From: Squalus acanthias
Lineage: Eukaryota
Assembly: GCA_030390025.1 (NCBI GenBank)
Contig: JASTWF010000171.1
Span: forward strand, 806,001-870,000
DNA: 64,000 nucleotides
Direction of reading: 5' to 3'
In this document: positions 36,194 to 48,596 of the stretch, piece by piece
How the letters are laid out: every line of letters starts with the position of its first letter
Numbering within the stretch: the first letter of the stretch is position 1
Notes under the pieces: generated by a model
Told to the model about the DNA's origin: nothing
The model's database searches: none
What the model saw: only the letters and a program-made list of their open reading frames with translations
Position numbers and translations under genes: made by a program

Positions 36194-37389
36194 TCTGGAC
36201 GTCCAATGTTCCTGTAATTACAAAAAGGGGGCTGGTCGTCACCAGCCAGTTAGAATTATTCCACTCTTATCGGTTCTATCAGTTCAAAATGCTGTACATC
36301 TGGTTCATTTCTTGGTCTGTGGCTCTGTCTCCAGACATACTTGAAGATGCAAATCACAACGTATAAGGTTAACATCACACACAGCCCTATCATTGATATA
36401 TGTATTTTAAGATTGAAAACATAGATCAAACGCTCTCACTTGGTCCAAGTTATTGACGTTTTTTAATTTATTATTTTAGAGGATCTTTTATTTTTTCAAA
36501 AGTAACCCAATATATAGTGCCCGAGTCCATTTTGTCATTTCAAAATTATCCCGAAATCCAAACAGCAGTACTGTTGAACTGACAGGTTTAGTCAATGTTC
36601 AATTTCATTTCTATCAATTTATCTTATCAATTCCAATTTCAGAAACAAGTGATTTCCAGGCTAGGTGGTTTACACAGTGTTTTAACATTAGAGACAGAAG
36701 TGCTGCAAATAGTTTACAAGGTAACTTCCATATAACAAAAGAAAGAAGAGAATCCATTGTGACTCTGCTTAAAGCCCAAGGGGTTAATCTATCAAATCAT
36801 AATTTTCCTTCTGGGAAATGTTAAATTAGAATTAAGAAACTTAAATTTAATAATGTCCAATATCTTTAAATTTCATTCAGCAATACTAAAGTTATTGCTT
36901 GATGAACTTAAACAGCTGTCAGTGGAAAGGGTTAACTCCTTTGCAGGTTTTTAAGAAGGTGGAGCGAAACATTGTCAGGCGCACGCAATTGCGTCACTTC
37001 ACGTAAATTAAAAAAAAAACTTTCCTGATCGAAAAAAGACAGTTGTGTTTTCACACTTTAACTAAACACGAACAGAACAGATAAAACAAAACAAACTAGT
37101 ACATGCCTGCAGAAAACATTAAATTACGTCATATTTCTTATTGTCCTTTCTTCAGATGCCTTTCCAAAATCCTGTAAAAACATTGAATATAACTGGAGAA
37201 AAATTAGTTTTTCACATTTAAACAAATCAAATCAAACTGCTTTGGAAGATTTCACCATAGCAACCACGACTCCAAGGTTAAATTTTAGACCGAAACTCAA
37301 TCTTTTGTTAAACAAACTTTTTGTTGTTCTTCTCAGTTTTACACACCAGCTTAACTTAAATTGTAGTTCAAGTTTTTTTTTCAATTCTT

Positions 37390-38170
37390 GGGGCACAAGC
37401 TATTGCAGCCACACATCGTGGCATTGCCTTCGCTACTGGATCCCTCTTGGTGGAGTAATACGCAACGGGTCTCTGTTTCCCTCCGTGATCTTGCATTACC
37501 ACGGCTGAATAACTCCCTTGGTCCTGGTCACAGTACAAGTGGAAGGGTCGGGTATGGTCTGGCAGTCCTAGGGCAGGGGCTGTTATTAATTCCTGTTTAA
37601 GGGCCCTATATGCTTCCTCCTGCTCTGTCTCCCCCCTTTAACTAACCGTTGAATCGGCTCTGCTTTCCCTGCAAAGTCTGATATAAAATTCCTGCAGTCG
37701 TTAAATAGTCCCATCACTTTCCTCACTCCCCAGACGGTCACTGGCCTTGGCATGTCTTTTCTGGCTGCCTTTTGTTCCTGCAGGAGTGCCTTTTACCCCT
37801 GGTTAATTTCGTGTCCTAGATACTTTACTTTGGACAGTCCAACCTGTGCCTTTTTGGGTTCAATTTAAAGCCAGCTTTCTTAAGTGTCTGGAGGGTGGCT
37901 AGTAATGCTCCCATGTGTCCTTTGGCATCCTCTGATGCAATCATTATGTCATCGACATATTAGAGTAGGGCACTCTGATACTTTGATAGGTTTAACTCGT
38001 CTAAGGCTTGACTCAGTACATGGTGGAATATATTTGGACTATTGTGGAACCCCTGCAGGACCCTGGTCCATGTATCCTGTCTATCCCTGACAGTAAAGGC
38101 GAATTTCCCTTGTGATTCCTCTGCCAATGGTATGGACCAGAACCCGTTCTGTATCCAAGACTGTACATAT
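37390..38170 (-). pseudogene. Retroviral pol fragment (RT core + tether/connection domain), disrupted
   Basis: NGFWSIPLAEESQGKFAFT...WTRVLQGFHNSP...YVDD (37948-37959)...AGFKLNP...VKYLG...GLFNDCRNFI; APALGLPD..RPFHLY...RPVAYYS...DPVA. Confidence 0.88.
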
Positions 38171-38741
38171 TTTAAAGTCTGGTTTCAGGCCATTAAATAT
38201 CTTATTCAATGCGGTCTACACAAATTTACACCAACCAGAATTTCACCGTGCACAATAAAAGTCTGGTTTTTAATAGGTTAATTAACCTCAATAACTCCAA
38301 TTCAATCCAGATTAATTGTTTTTAAACTAACCAGTATCGCTTGGAAAAGAAACCATAGCCACATTTACAAAGAAACAATTACCCATGCCCTGTAAACATT
38401 CAAATTCATTTTCTTCCAGGCACATTGGCAACTGTGACTTCAAGGCTGAAGCTTATCTTTTGTAAAACAATTAACAAACTTAAAACAACACACGCTTGTC
38501 CATCCTTCAAGACAAGTCTTCAAAGGGTTAAACAGCTTTTAGTGCTCTATACAAAAGAGTGGGTGGACCTAAAACAAAAATGACAGACACCTTTTTTTAA
38601 AGACAGACTTTCAGACAAAATAAATACTGTAACTTCTTAAACATTCACAGTCAGGTAAACTTTTAATCTTTTAACACACACTTTCACACATACTGAGATC
38701 CCAGCATTCCTTTTAAGATTCCTTTCACTCAACAAATCTTG

Positions 38742-40119
38742 GTTCCCTCATCCAAATCATTGATATATATTGTGAATAGCTGGGGCCCAAGCACTGATCC
38801 CTACGGCACCCCACTAGTCACCGCCTGCCACCCCGAAAAAGACCCATTTATTCCTACTCTGTTTCCTGTCTGTTAACCAATTTTCAATCCATGCCAGTAT
38901 ATTACCCCCAATCCCATGTGCTTTAATTTTGCACACTAACCTCTTATGTAGGACTTTATCAAAAGCCTTCTGAAAATCCAAATACACCATATCCACTGGT
39001 TCTCCCTTATCTATTCTACCAGTTACATCCTCAAAAAACTCCAGTAGGTTTGTCAAACACAATTTCCCTTTCATAAATCCATGTTGACTTTGTCTAATCC
39101 CGTTGATATTTTCTAAGTGTCCTGTCACATCCTTTATAATAGACTCTAGTATTTTCCCTACTACTGATGTTAGACTAACGGGTCTGTAGTTCCCTGTTTT
39201 CTCTCTACCTCCTTTTTTAAATAGTGGGGTTACATTTGCTACATTCCAATCCACGGGAACTGTTCCATAATCTATAGAATTTTGGAAGATGACAACCAAT
39301 GAATCCACTATTTCCATGGTTACCTCTTTTAGTACTCTGGGATGCAGATTATCAGGCCCTGGGGATTTATCGGCTTTCAGTCCCATTAATTTCTCCAGTG
39401 CTTTTTTTTATTAATACTAATTTCCTTTAATTCCTCCTTCTTACTAGACCATGGATTCCCTAGCATTTTTGGGAAGTTATTTGTTTCCTCTTCTGTGAAG
39501 ATAGAACCAAAGTATTTGTTTAATTGCTCTGCCATTTCCTTGTTCCACATTATAAATTCTCTCGTTTCTGACTGTAAGGGACCTACATTTGTCTTCACTA
39601 ATCTTTTTCTTTTTACATACTTGTAGAAGATTTTACAATCCGCTTTTATGTTCCTTGCAAGTTTACTCCCATACTCTATTTTTCCCCTCTTAATCAATCT
39701 CTTGGTCCTTTTTTGCTGAACTCTAAACTGCTCCCAATCCTCAGGCTTGCTACTTTTTCTGGCAACTTTATATGACTCCTCTTTGGATCTAATACTATCC
39801 TTAATTTATTTTGTTAGCCATGGTTGGGCCGCTTTTCCTTTTGTGTTTTTGCGCCAGAAAGGAATGTATAACTGTTTCAAATCATACATTCGTTCCTTAA
39901 ATGTTAGCCATTGCCTATCCGCCATCAAGCCTTTTAATGAAGCTTCCCCATCTATCATAGCCAACTCACTCCTCATACCTTCCTAGTTTGCTTTGTTTAG
40001 ATTTAGGACCCCAGCTTCGGATTGGACTTCTTCACTTTCCATATTAATGAAGAATTTTATCATGTCATGGTCACTCTTCCTTAAAGGACACCCGCACAAC
40101 AAGATTATTAACTAACCCT
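38742..40119 (-). mobile_element. CR1 ORF2 fragment
   Basis: KSPGPDNLHPRVLKE, NYRPVSLTS, YLDFQKAFDKV. Confidence 0.92.
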
Positions 40120-40565
40120 GAAGTGCTGGGTCTGATTTCGCCCCCTGGGCTGTTTCACTGCGGTAAAGGCGCTGCCTCGATGCAAGTTGTTGTTGGTGGT
40201 GAGCGAGGCTTCCTCCATTGTCTTTTCTCCCGCGCTCTCAGCCGCTTATGGCCGTTGATTGGACGCCCCGGTGAGGTGAGAGGTTAGCAGGCGGTGAGCG
40301 CGGGCCGGCGGTTGGTGCTCACGCCACCGCCCCCACCCGAAACCGCCTCCCTCCCTGTTCTCGCGGCGCGCCGGTGACGCAAACACGTACAGCGTCCTCG
40401 TTACGTCACACCGAGGGGCGCGAGCTGGCCCCTCACGCGTTCTTTGATTGGTTCACGGTCCGCGAGCGGCTGCCGCTCTGTTTCTGTGTCCCCGCGAGGC
40501 CGGGCCCGCCGCCATTTCCCAGGCTGCCGATTGGAGGCGCAACGCGGCGAGGAGTCCCTCGGCAT
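40120..40565. promoter_or_regulatory. CpG island / promoter-like element
   Basis: High GC and CpG density; three ATTGG boxes, CRE-like TTACGTCA and TGACGCAA, YY1-like CCGCCATTT, GC-box-like CCGCCC. Confidence 0.65.
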
Positions 40566-43500
40566 TCAGCAACCGCTCCCACGGCCCTTAGCAATATCTC
40601 CCTTGGTCCTTAGCAACCAGTCCCTCGGCCCTTAGTAATATCTCCCTTGGTCCTTAGAAACCAGTCCCTCGTCCCTTAGTAACCGGTTCCTCGGCACTTA
40701 GCAACCGCTCCCTCGGTCCTTAGCAACCAGTCCCTCGGCATTTAGCAACCGCTCCTTGGCCCTTTAGCAACAGGTCCCATGGCCCTTTGCGACTGGTCCT
40801 TGGTCCTTAGCAACCAGTCCCTCGGCCCTTAGCAACCGCTCCCTCGGCCCTTTAGCAACACCTCCCTTGGCCCTTGAGCAACCAGTCCTCGGTCCTTAGC
40901 AACCGATCCCATGGCCCTTTAGCAACCGATCCCAAGCCCTTTAGCAACCGGTCGTCGGTCCTTTGCAACAGGTCCTCGGTCCTTAGCAACCGGTCCCATG
41001 GTCCCTTTGCTCTTAGCAACCGGTCCAGGTCCCTTGGCACGTAGCAACCAATCCCATGGTCCTTTAGCAACCGGTCCCAAGGCCCTTTAGCAACCGGTCC
41101 CTTGGCCCTTAGCAACAGGTCCATCGGCCGTTTAGCAACCGCTCCCTCGGCCCTTAGCAACCGCTCCATCGGCCCTTAGCAACTGCTCCCTCGGCCCTTA
41201 GCAACAGCTCCCTTGGTCCAAAGCAACCAGTCCCTCGGTCGTTAGTAACAGGTCCCTTGGCCCTTAGCAACAGGTCCCTTGGCCCTTAGCAACCGCTCCC
41301 TCGGGCCATAGCAACCGCTCCCTCGGGCCATAGCAACCACTCCCTCGGGCCATAGCAACCGGTCCCTCGGGCCATAGCAACCGGTCCCTCGGGCCATAGC
41401 AACCGGTCCCTCGGCCCTTAGCAACCGCTCCCTCGGCCCTTAGCAACCCCTACTCGGTCCTTAGGAATCGGTCCCTCGGCCCTTAGCAACCGCTCCCTCA
41501 AGCCTTAGCAACTGCTCCCTCGGCCCTTATCAACCGATCCCATGGCCCTTTAGCAACCGGTCCCTTGGGCTTTAGCAACTGGTCCCTTGGGCCTTAGCAA
41601 ACGCTCCCTTAGTCCTTAGCAACCGCTCCCTTGGTCCTTCGCAACCGGTCCCATGGCCCTGAGCAACTGGTCCCTCGGTCCTCCACAGTTACTTCATACC
41701 AATGTGTCCCTGGAGATGGAGCACGCTGTGTCCCCGAGTACACTTGAGGCCTTCCGTGACCGGTGGGCACTGGAGGGACTCGACTTCTTCATTACCACCC
41801 GGAATTGTATTTTAAGTTGATTACATTTGATTTAAGTTCGTTTAAGTTACAGTATAGGTTGTGCCCCTTTAAGAAGGGGGCACTTGCTTCTGTTTTATTG
41901 GTGATGGCATCAGCCAATCAATGTTATCAACCAATATGAATAAGCCAATGGTTCCTCAGTCCTTAGCAACTGGTCCCTTGGCCCTTAGCAACCTGTCCCA
42001 TGGCCCTTTAGCAACCGGTCCCTTGGCCCTTAGCAACAGGTCCCATGGCCTTTTAGCAACCAGTTCCTTGGCCCTTAGCAACCGGTCCTCGGTCTTTAGC
42101 AACAGGTCCCTTGGCCCTTAGCAACCGGTCCCATGGCCCATTAGCAACCGGTCTCTTGGCTCTTAAACCGGTCGCATGGCCCTTTAGCAACCACTCACTT
42201 GGGCCTTAGCAACCGGTCCCTCGGTCCTTAGCAACCGGTCCCTTGGACCTCCACAGTTACCTCATACCCATGTGTCCCTGGAGATGGAGCACGCTGTGTC
42301 CCCAAGTACACTTGAGGCCTTCCATTACCGGTGGGCACTGGATGGACTCGACTTCTTCATTACCACCCAGAATCGTATTTTAAGTTGATTACATTTGATT
42401 TAAGTTAGTTTCTGTTACAGTATAGGTTGTGTCCCTTTAAGAAGGGGGCACTTGCTTCTGTTTATTGGTGATGGCATCAGCCAATCAATGTTATCAACCA
42501 ATAGGAATTAGCAAATGGTCCCTCAGTCTTTAGCAACCGGTTCCTCAGTCCTTAGCAAACGGTCCTCTGTCCTTAGCAACCGGTCCCTTGGCCCTTAGCA
42601 ACCTGTCCCATAGCCCTTTAGCATCCGGTCCCATGGCCCTTTATTAACCGGTCCCATGGCCCTTTAGCAACAGGTCCCTTGGCCCTTAGCAACCGGTCCC
42701 ATGGCTCTTAGGAACCGGGCCCTTAGCCCTTTAGTAACCAGTCCTCGGTCCTTAGGAACAGGTCCCTTGGCCCTTAGCAACCAGTCCCATGGCTCTTTAG
42801 CAACCGGTCATTGCTCCTTAGCAACAGGTCCCTTGGCCCTTAGCAACCAGTCCCATGCACTTAGCAACCGGTCCCTTGGCCCTTTATCAACCGGTCCTCG
42901 GTCCTTAGCAACCTGTTCCATGGCAATTTAGCAATTGGTCCCTTGACTCTGAGCAACCGGTCCTCTGTCCTTAGCAACAGATCTCTTGGCACCTTTAGCA
43001 ACCGGTCCCATGGCGCTTTAGCAACCGGTCCCTTGATTCTTAGAAACTGGTCCTCGGTCCTCAACAGTTACTTCATACCCGGGTGTCCCTGGAGATGGAG
43101 CACGCGGTGTCCCCGGGTACACTTGAGGCCTTCCATGACCGGTGGGCACCGGAGGGAATGGACTTCTTCATTACCACCCGGAATCGTATTTTAAGTTGAT
43201 TTATTACATTTGATTTAAGTTAGTTTAAGTTACAGTATAAGTTGTGCCCCTTTAAGAAGGGGGCACTTGCTTCTGTTTTATTGGTGATGGCATCAGCGAA
43301 TCAAGTTTATCAACCAATAGGAATTAGCAACCAGTCCCTTGGCCCTTAGCAACCGGTCCCTTGGCCCTTAGCAACCGGTCCCTTGGCCCTTAGCAACCGG
43401 TCCAACGGAACTTAGCAACTGGTCCCTTGGCCCTTAGCAACCGGTCCCTTGGCCCTTAGCAACCGGTCCCATGGCCCTTTAGCAACCGGTCCCTTGGCCC

Positions 43501-43847
43501 TTAGCAACCGGTCCAACGGAACTTAGCAACTGGTCCCTCGGCCATTAGCAACCGCCGGTCCCTTGGCCCTTTAGCAACCGGTCCCATGGCCCTTTAGCAA
43601 CCGGTCCCATGGCCCTTTAGCAACTGGTCCCTCGCCTCTTAGCAACTGGTCCCTCGGCACTTAGCAACCGGTCCCACGGCCGCTAGCAACTGGTCCCACG
43701 GCCGCTAGCAACTGGTCCCACGGCCGCTAGCAACCGGTCCCACGGCCGTTAGCAACCGGTCCCTTGGCCCTTAGCAACCGGTCCCTTGGCCCTTTAACAA
43801 CCGGTCCCTTGGTTTTTAGCAACATGTCCTCGGTCCTTAGCAACAGG

Positions 43848-46152
43848 TCATAGAGTTATACAGCACAGAAAGAGCCCCTACGGCCCATCGTGTCTGTGCC
43901 GGCCATCAAGCCCTATCTATTCTAATCCCATTTTCCAGCACTTGGTCCATAACCTTGTATGCTATGGCGTTTCAAGTGCTAATCTAAATGCCTCTTGAAT
44001 GTTGTGAGGGTTCCTGCCTCTACCACCCTTTCAGGTAGTGAGTTCCAGATTCCAACCACCCTCTGGGTGAAAAGGTTTTTCCTCAAATTCCCTCTAAACC
44101 TCCTGCCCCTTACCTTGAAACTATGCCTCCTGGTTATTGACCCCTCTACTAAGGGGGAAAGTTCCTTTCTATCTACCCTATCCATGCCCCTCATCATTTT
44201 GTACACCTCAATCAGGTCCCCCCTCAGCCTTCTCTGCTCTAAGGAAAACAACCCCAGCCTGTCCAGTCTCTCTTCATAGCTGAAGCGCTCCAGCCCAGGT
44301 AACATCCTGGTGAATCTCCTCTGCACCCTCTCCAATGCAATCACATCCTTCCTATAGTGTGGCGACCAGAACTGCACACAGTATTCCAGCTGTGGCCTAA
44401 CTAGTGTTTTGTACAGCTCCATCATAACCTCCCTGCTCTTATATTCTATGCCTCGGCTAATGAAGGCAAGTATCTCATATGCCTTTTTAACCACCTTATC
44501 TACCTGTCCTGCTGCCTTCAGGGATCTATGTACATGCACACCAAGGTCCCTCTGATCCTCTGTCCTTCCAAGGGTCCTACCATTCATTGTGCATTCCCTT
44601 GCCTTGTTAGTCCTCCCAAAATGCATCACCTCACACTTTTCAGGGTTAAATTCCATTTGCCACTGTTCTGCCCATCTGACCAACCCATCTTTATCGTCCT
44701 GTAGCCTGAGGCTTCCCTCCTCGTTATTTACCACTCCACCAATTTTCGTGTCGTCTGCAAACTCACTGATCATACCTCCTACATTCATATCTAAATCATT
44801 AATGTACACTACAAACAGCAAAGGACCCAGCACCGATCCCTGCGGTACACCACTGGACACAGGCTTCCAGTCACAAAAACAACCTTTGACCATCACCCTC
44901 TGCCTCCTGCCACTAAGCCAATTTTGGATCCAATGTGCCAAATTGCCCTGGATCCCATGGGCTCTTACCTTCTTGACCAGTGTCCCATGTGGGACTTTGT
45001 CAAAAGCCTTACTGAAGTCCATGTAGACTACCTCAATTCTAGGGAATGTAGCCGGGCAAGTGGCAGAAGTGTCAGTAGGAGAGCATTTTGGTAACAGTGA
45101 CCATAATTCGGTGAGATTTAAGGTAGTCATGGAAAAGAACAAAGATGGACCGGAAATAAAGGTTCTAAATTGGGGGAAGGCCGATTTTAATATGATAAGG
45201 CAGGATCTGGCCAAAGTGGACTGGGATCAGCTACTTGTAGGAAAATCCAGATCAGAGCAGTGGGAGTCTTTCAGAAAGGAAATAGAGAGAGTACAACGGC
45301 AACATGTTCCCGTAAAGGTCAAGGGTGGGACCAACAAGCCCAGGGAACACTGGATGTCAAGGGATATACAAGAATGGATTAGGAAAGAATGGGAGGCTTT
45401 TGGCAGATACAAAGGACTAAAAACAGTGGAGTATGGAAAGTGCAGGGGGGTACTTAAAAAAGAAATTAGGAGAGCAAAGAGGGGGCATGAAAAAACACCG
45501 GCGGGCAAAATAAAGGAAAATCCCAAGGTGTTTTATAAATATATTAAGGGCAAGAGGATAACCAGGGAAAGAGGATGGCCCATTAGGGACCAAAGTGGCC
45601 ATCTGTGTGTAGAGCCAGAAGATGTGGGTGAGGTTTTAAATGAATATTTTGCATCTGTGTTCACTATGGAGAAGGACGATGTCGGCATAGAAATCAGGCA
45701 GGGGGATTGTGATATACTTGAACAAATTAGTATTGAGAAGGAGGAGGTACTAGCGGTTTTAGCGGGCTTAACAGTGGATAAATCCCCAGGCCTATACGAG
45801 ATGCATCCCAGGCTGCTGTGTGAGGCAAGGGAGGAGATTGCAGGGGCTCTGACACAAAATTTCAGATCCTCTCTGGCCACAGGGGAGGTGCCAGAGGACT
45901 GGAGGACATCTAACGTAGTACCATTATTCAAGGAGGGTAATAGGGATAAACCAGGGAATTACAGTCCAGTCAGCCTAACATCAGTGGTAGGGAAATTAAT
46001 GGAAAAAGTTGTGAGGGACAGAATTAGTCTCCACTTGGAGAGGCAAAGATTAATCAAGGATAGTCAGCATGGCTTTGTCAGGGGGAGATCATGTCTAACC
46101 AATTTGATTGAATTTTTCGCGGAGGTGACGAGGTGTGTGGATGAGGGTAATG
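43848..46152. mobile_element. CR1 insertion with 5' inversion (minus 3' part 43848-45035; plus upstream part 45036-46152)
   Basis: Plus arm ends ...VDEGNA; minus arm begins EVVYMDFSKAFDKV, the next RT residues. Confidence 0.9.
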
Positions 46153-47679
46153 CCCTCATCCAAGGCCCTACCCTTCAGCAACCAGTCCTTGGTCCTTAGC
46201 AACCGGTCCCTTGGCTCTTAGCAACCGGTCCTCGGTCCTTAGCAACCGGTCCCTCGGCCCTTTAGCAACCGGGCCCTTGGCTCTTAGCAACCGATCCCAT
46301 GGCCCTTTAGCAACCGGTCCTCGGCCCTTTAGCAACCGGTCCCTCGGCCCTTTAGCAACCGGTCCCATGGCCCTTTAGCAACCGATCCCATGGGCCTTTA
46401 GCAACCGGTCCCTCGGTCCTTAGCAACCGGTCTCATGGTCCTTTTGCAACCGGTCCCTTGGCCCTTTAGCAACTGGTCCCTCGGTCCTTAGCAACCGGTC
46501 CCTCGGCCCTTTAGCAACCGGTCCCTCGGTCCTTAGCAACCGGTCCCTCAGTCCTTAGCAACCGGTCCCTCGGCCCTTTAGCAACCGGTCCCTCGGTCCT
46601 TAGCAACCGGTCCCTCAGTCCTTAGCAACCGGTCCCAATGGCCCTTTAGCAACCGGTCCCTCGGTCCTTAGCAACCGGTCCCTCGGTCCTTAGCAACCGG
46701 TCCCAATGGCCCTTTAGCAACCGGTCCCATGGCCCTTTAGCAACCGGTCCCTCGGTCCTTAGCAACCGGTCCCTCGGCCCTTTAGCAACCGGTCCCTCGG
46801 TCCTTAGCAACCGGTCCCTCAGTCCTTAGCAACTGGTCTCATGGCCCTTTAGCAACCGGTCCCTCGGCCCTTTAGCAACCGGTCCCTCGGCCCTTTAGCA
46901 ACCGGTCCCTCGGCCCTTTAGCAACTGGTCCCATGGCCCTTAGCAACTGGTCCCTCGGTCCTTTAGCAACCGGTCCCAATGGCCCTTTTGCAACCGTTCC
47001 TCGGTCCTTAGCAACCGCTCCCTTGGTCCTTAGCAACTGGTCCCTCGGTCCTTAGCAACCGGTCCCTCAGTCCTTAGCAACCGATCCCATGGCCCTTTAG
47101 CAACCGGTCCCTCGGTCCTTAGCAACCGGTCCCTCAGTCCTTAGCAACCGGTCCCATGGCCCTTTAGCAACCGGTCCCTTAGTCCTTAGCAACCGATCCC
47201 ATGGCCCTTTAGCAACCGGTCCCTTAGTCCTTAGCAACCGGTCCCATGGCCAGTTAGCAACCGGTCCCTCGGTCCTTAGCAACCGGTCCCATGGCCCTTT
47301 AGCAACCGGTCCCTCGGTCCTTAGCAACCGATCCCTCGGCCCTTTAGCAACCGGTCCCATGGCCCTTTAGCAACCGCTCCCTTGGTCCTTAGCAACTGGT
47401 CCCTCGGCCCTTTAGCAACCGGTCCCTCGTTCCTTAGCAACCGGTCCCTTGGTCCTTAGCAACCGGTCCCATGGCCCTTTAGCAACCGGTCCCTCGTTCC
47501 TTAGCAACCGGTCCCTTGGTCCTTAGCAAACGGTCCCTCCGTCCTCAACAGTTGCTTCATACCCGGGTATCCCTGGAGATGGAGCACGCTGTGTCCACTG
47601 GTACACTTGAAGCCTTCCGTGACTGGTGGGCACCGGAGGGACTGGACTTCTTCATCAATACTTCTTCAATAGAGAGTGA

Positions 47680-48596
47680 GAGTTAACTTGCAAGGAACAT
47701 AAAAGCAGACTGTAAAAGCTTCTACAAGTATGTAAAAAGAAAATGATTAGTGAAGACAAATGTAGGTCCCTTACAGTCAGAAACGGGAGAATTTATAATG
47801 GGGAACAAGGAAATGGCAGAGCAATTAAACAAATACTTCGGTTCTGTATTCACGGAAGAAGACACAAATAACTTCCCAGAAATGCAAGGGAACCAAGGGT
47901 CTAGTGAGAAGGAGGAATTAAAGGAAATTAGTATTTGTAAAAAAATAGTGCTGGAGAAATTAATGGGACTAGAAGCTGATAAATCCCCAGGGCCTGATAA
48001 TCTGCATCCCAGAGTACTAAAAGAGATAGCCATGGAAATAGTGGGTGCATTTGTTGTCATCTTCCAAAATTCTATAGATTATCGAACAGTTCCTGCAGAT
48101 TGGAGGGTGGTAAATGTAACCCCACTATTTTAAAAAGGAGGGAGAGAAAACAGGGAACTACAGCCTAACATCTGTAGGAGGGAAAATGCTAGAGTCTATT
48201 ATAAAGGATGTGATAACAGGACACTTAGAAAATATCAACGGGATTAGACAAAGTCAACATGGATTTATGAAAGGGAAATTGTGTTTGACAAACCTACTGG
48301 AGTTTTTTGAGGATGTAACTGGTAGAATCGATAAGGGAGAACCAGTGGATGTGGTGTATATGGATTTTCAGAAGGCCTTTGATAAAGTCCCATATAAGAG
48401 GTTAGTGTGCAAAATTAAAGCACATGGGATTGGGGGTAATATACTGGCATGGATTGAAAATTGGTTAACAGACAGGAAACAGAGAGTAGGAATAAATGGG
48501 TCTTTTTCGGGGTGGCAGGCGGTGACTAGTGGGGTACCGCAGGGATCAGTGCTTGGGCCCCAGCTATTCACAATATATATCAATGATTTGGATGTT
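47680..48596 (+). mobile_element. CR1 ORF2 fragment, same subfamily as 38742-40119
   Basis: KSPGPDNLHPRVLKE, GVPQGSVLGP, YINDLD. Confidence 0.92.

Larger units (their letters stand above)
33744..38740 (-). mobile_element. Decayed endogenous retroviral element (lokiretrovirus/foamy-like pol fragment, F-like env, PPT, 3' LTR); no 5' LTR or gag seen
   Basis: Colinear pol-env-PPT-LTR on the minus strand; the right boundary is set only by the adjacent CR1. Confidence 0.8.
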
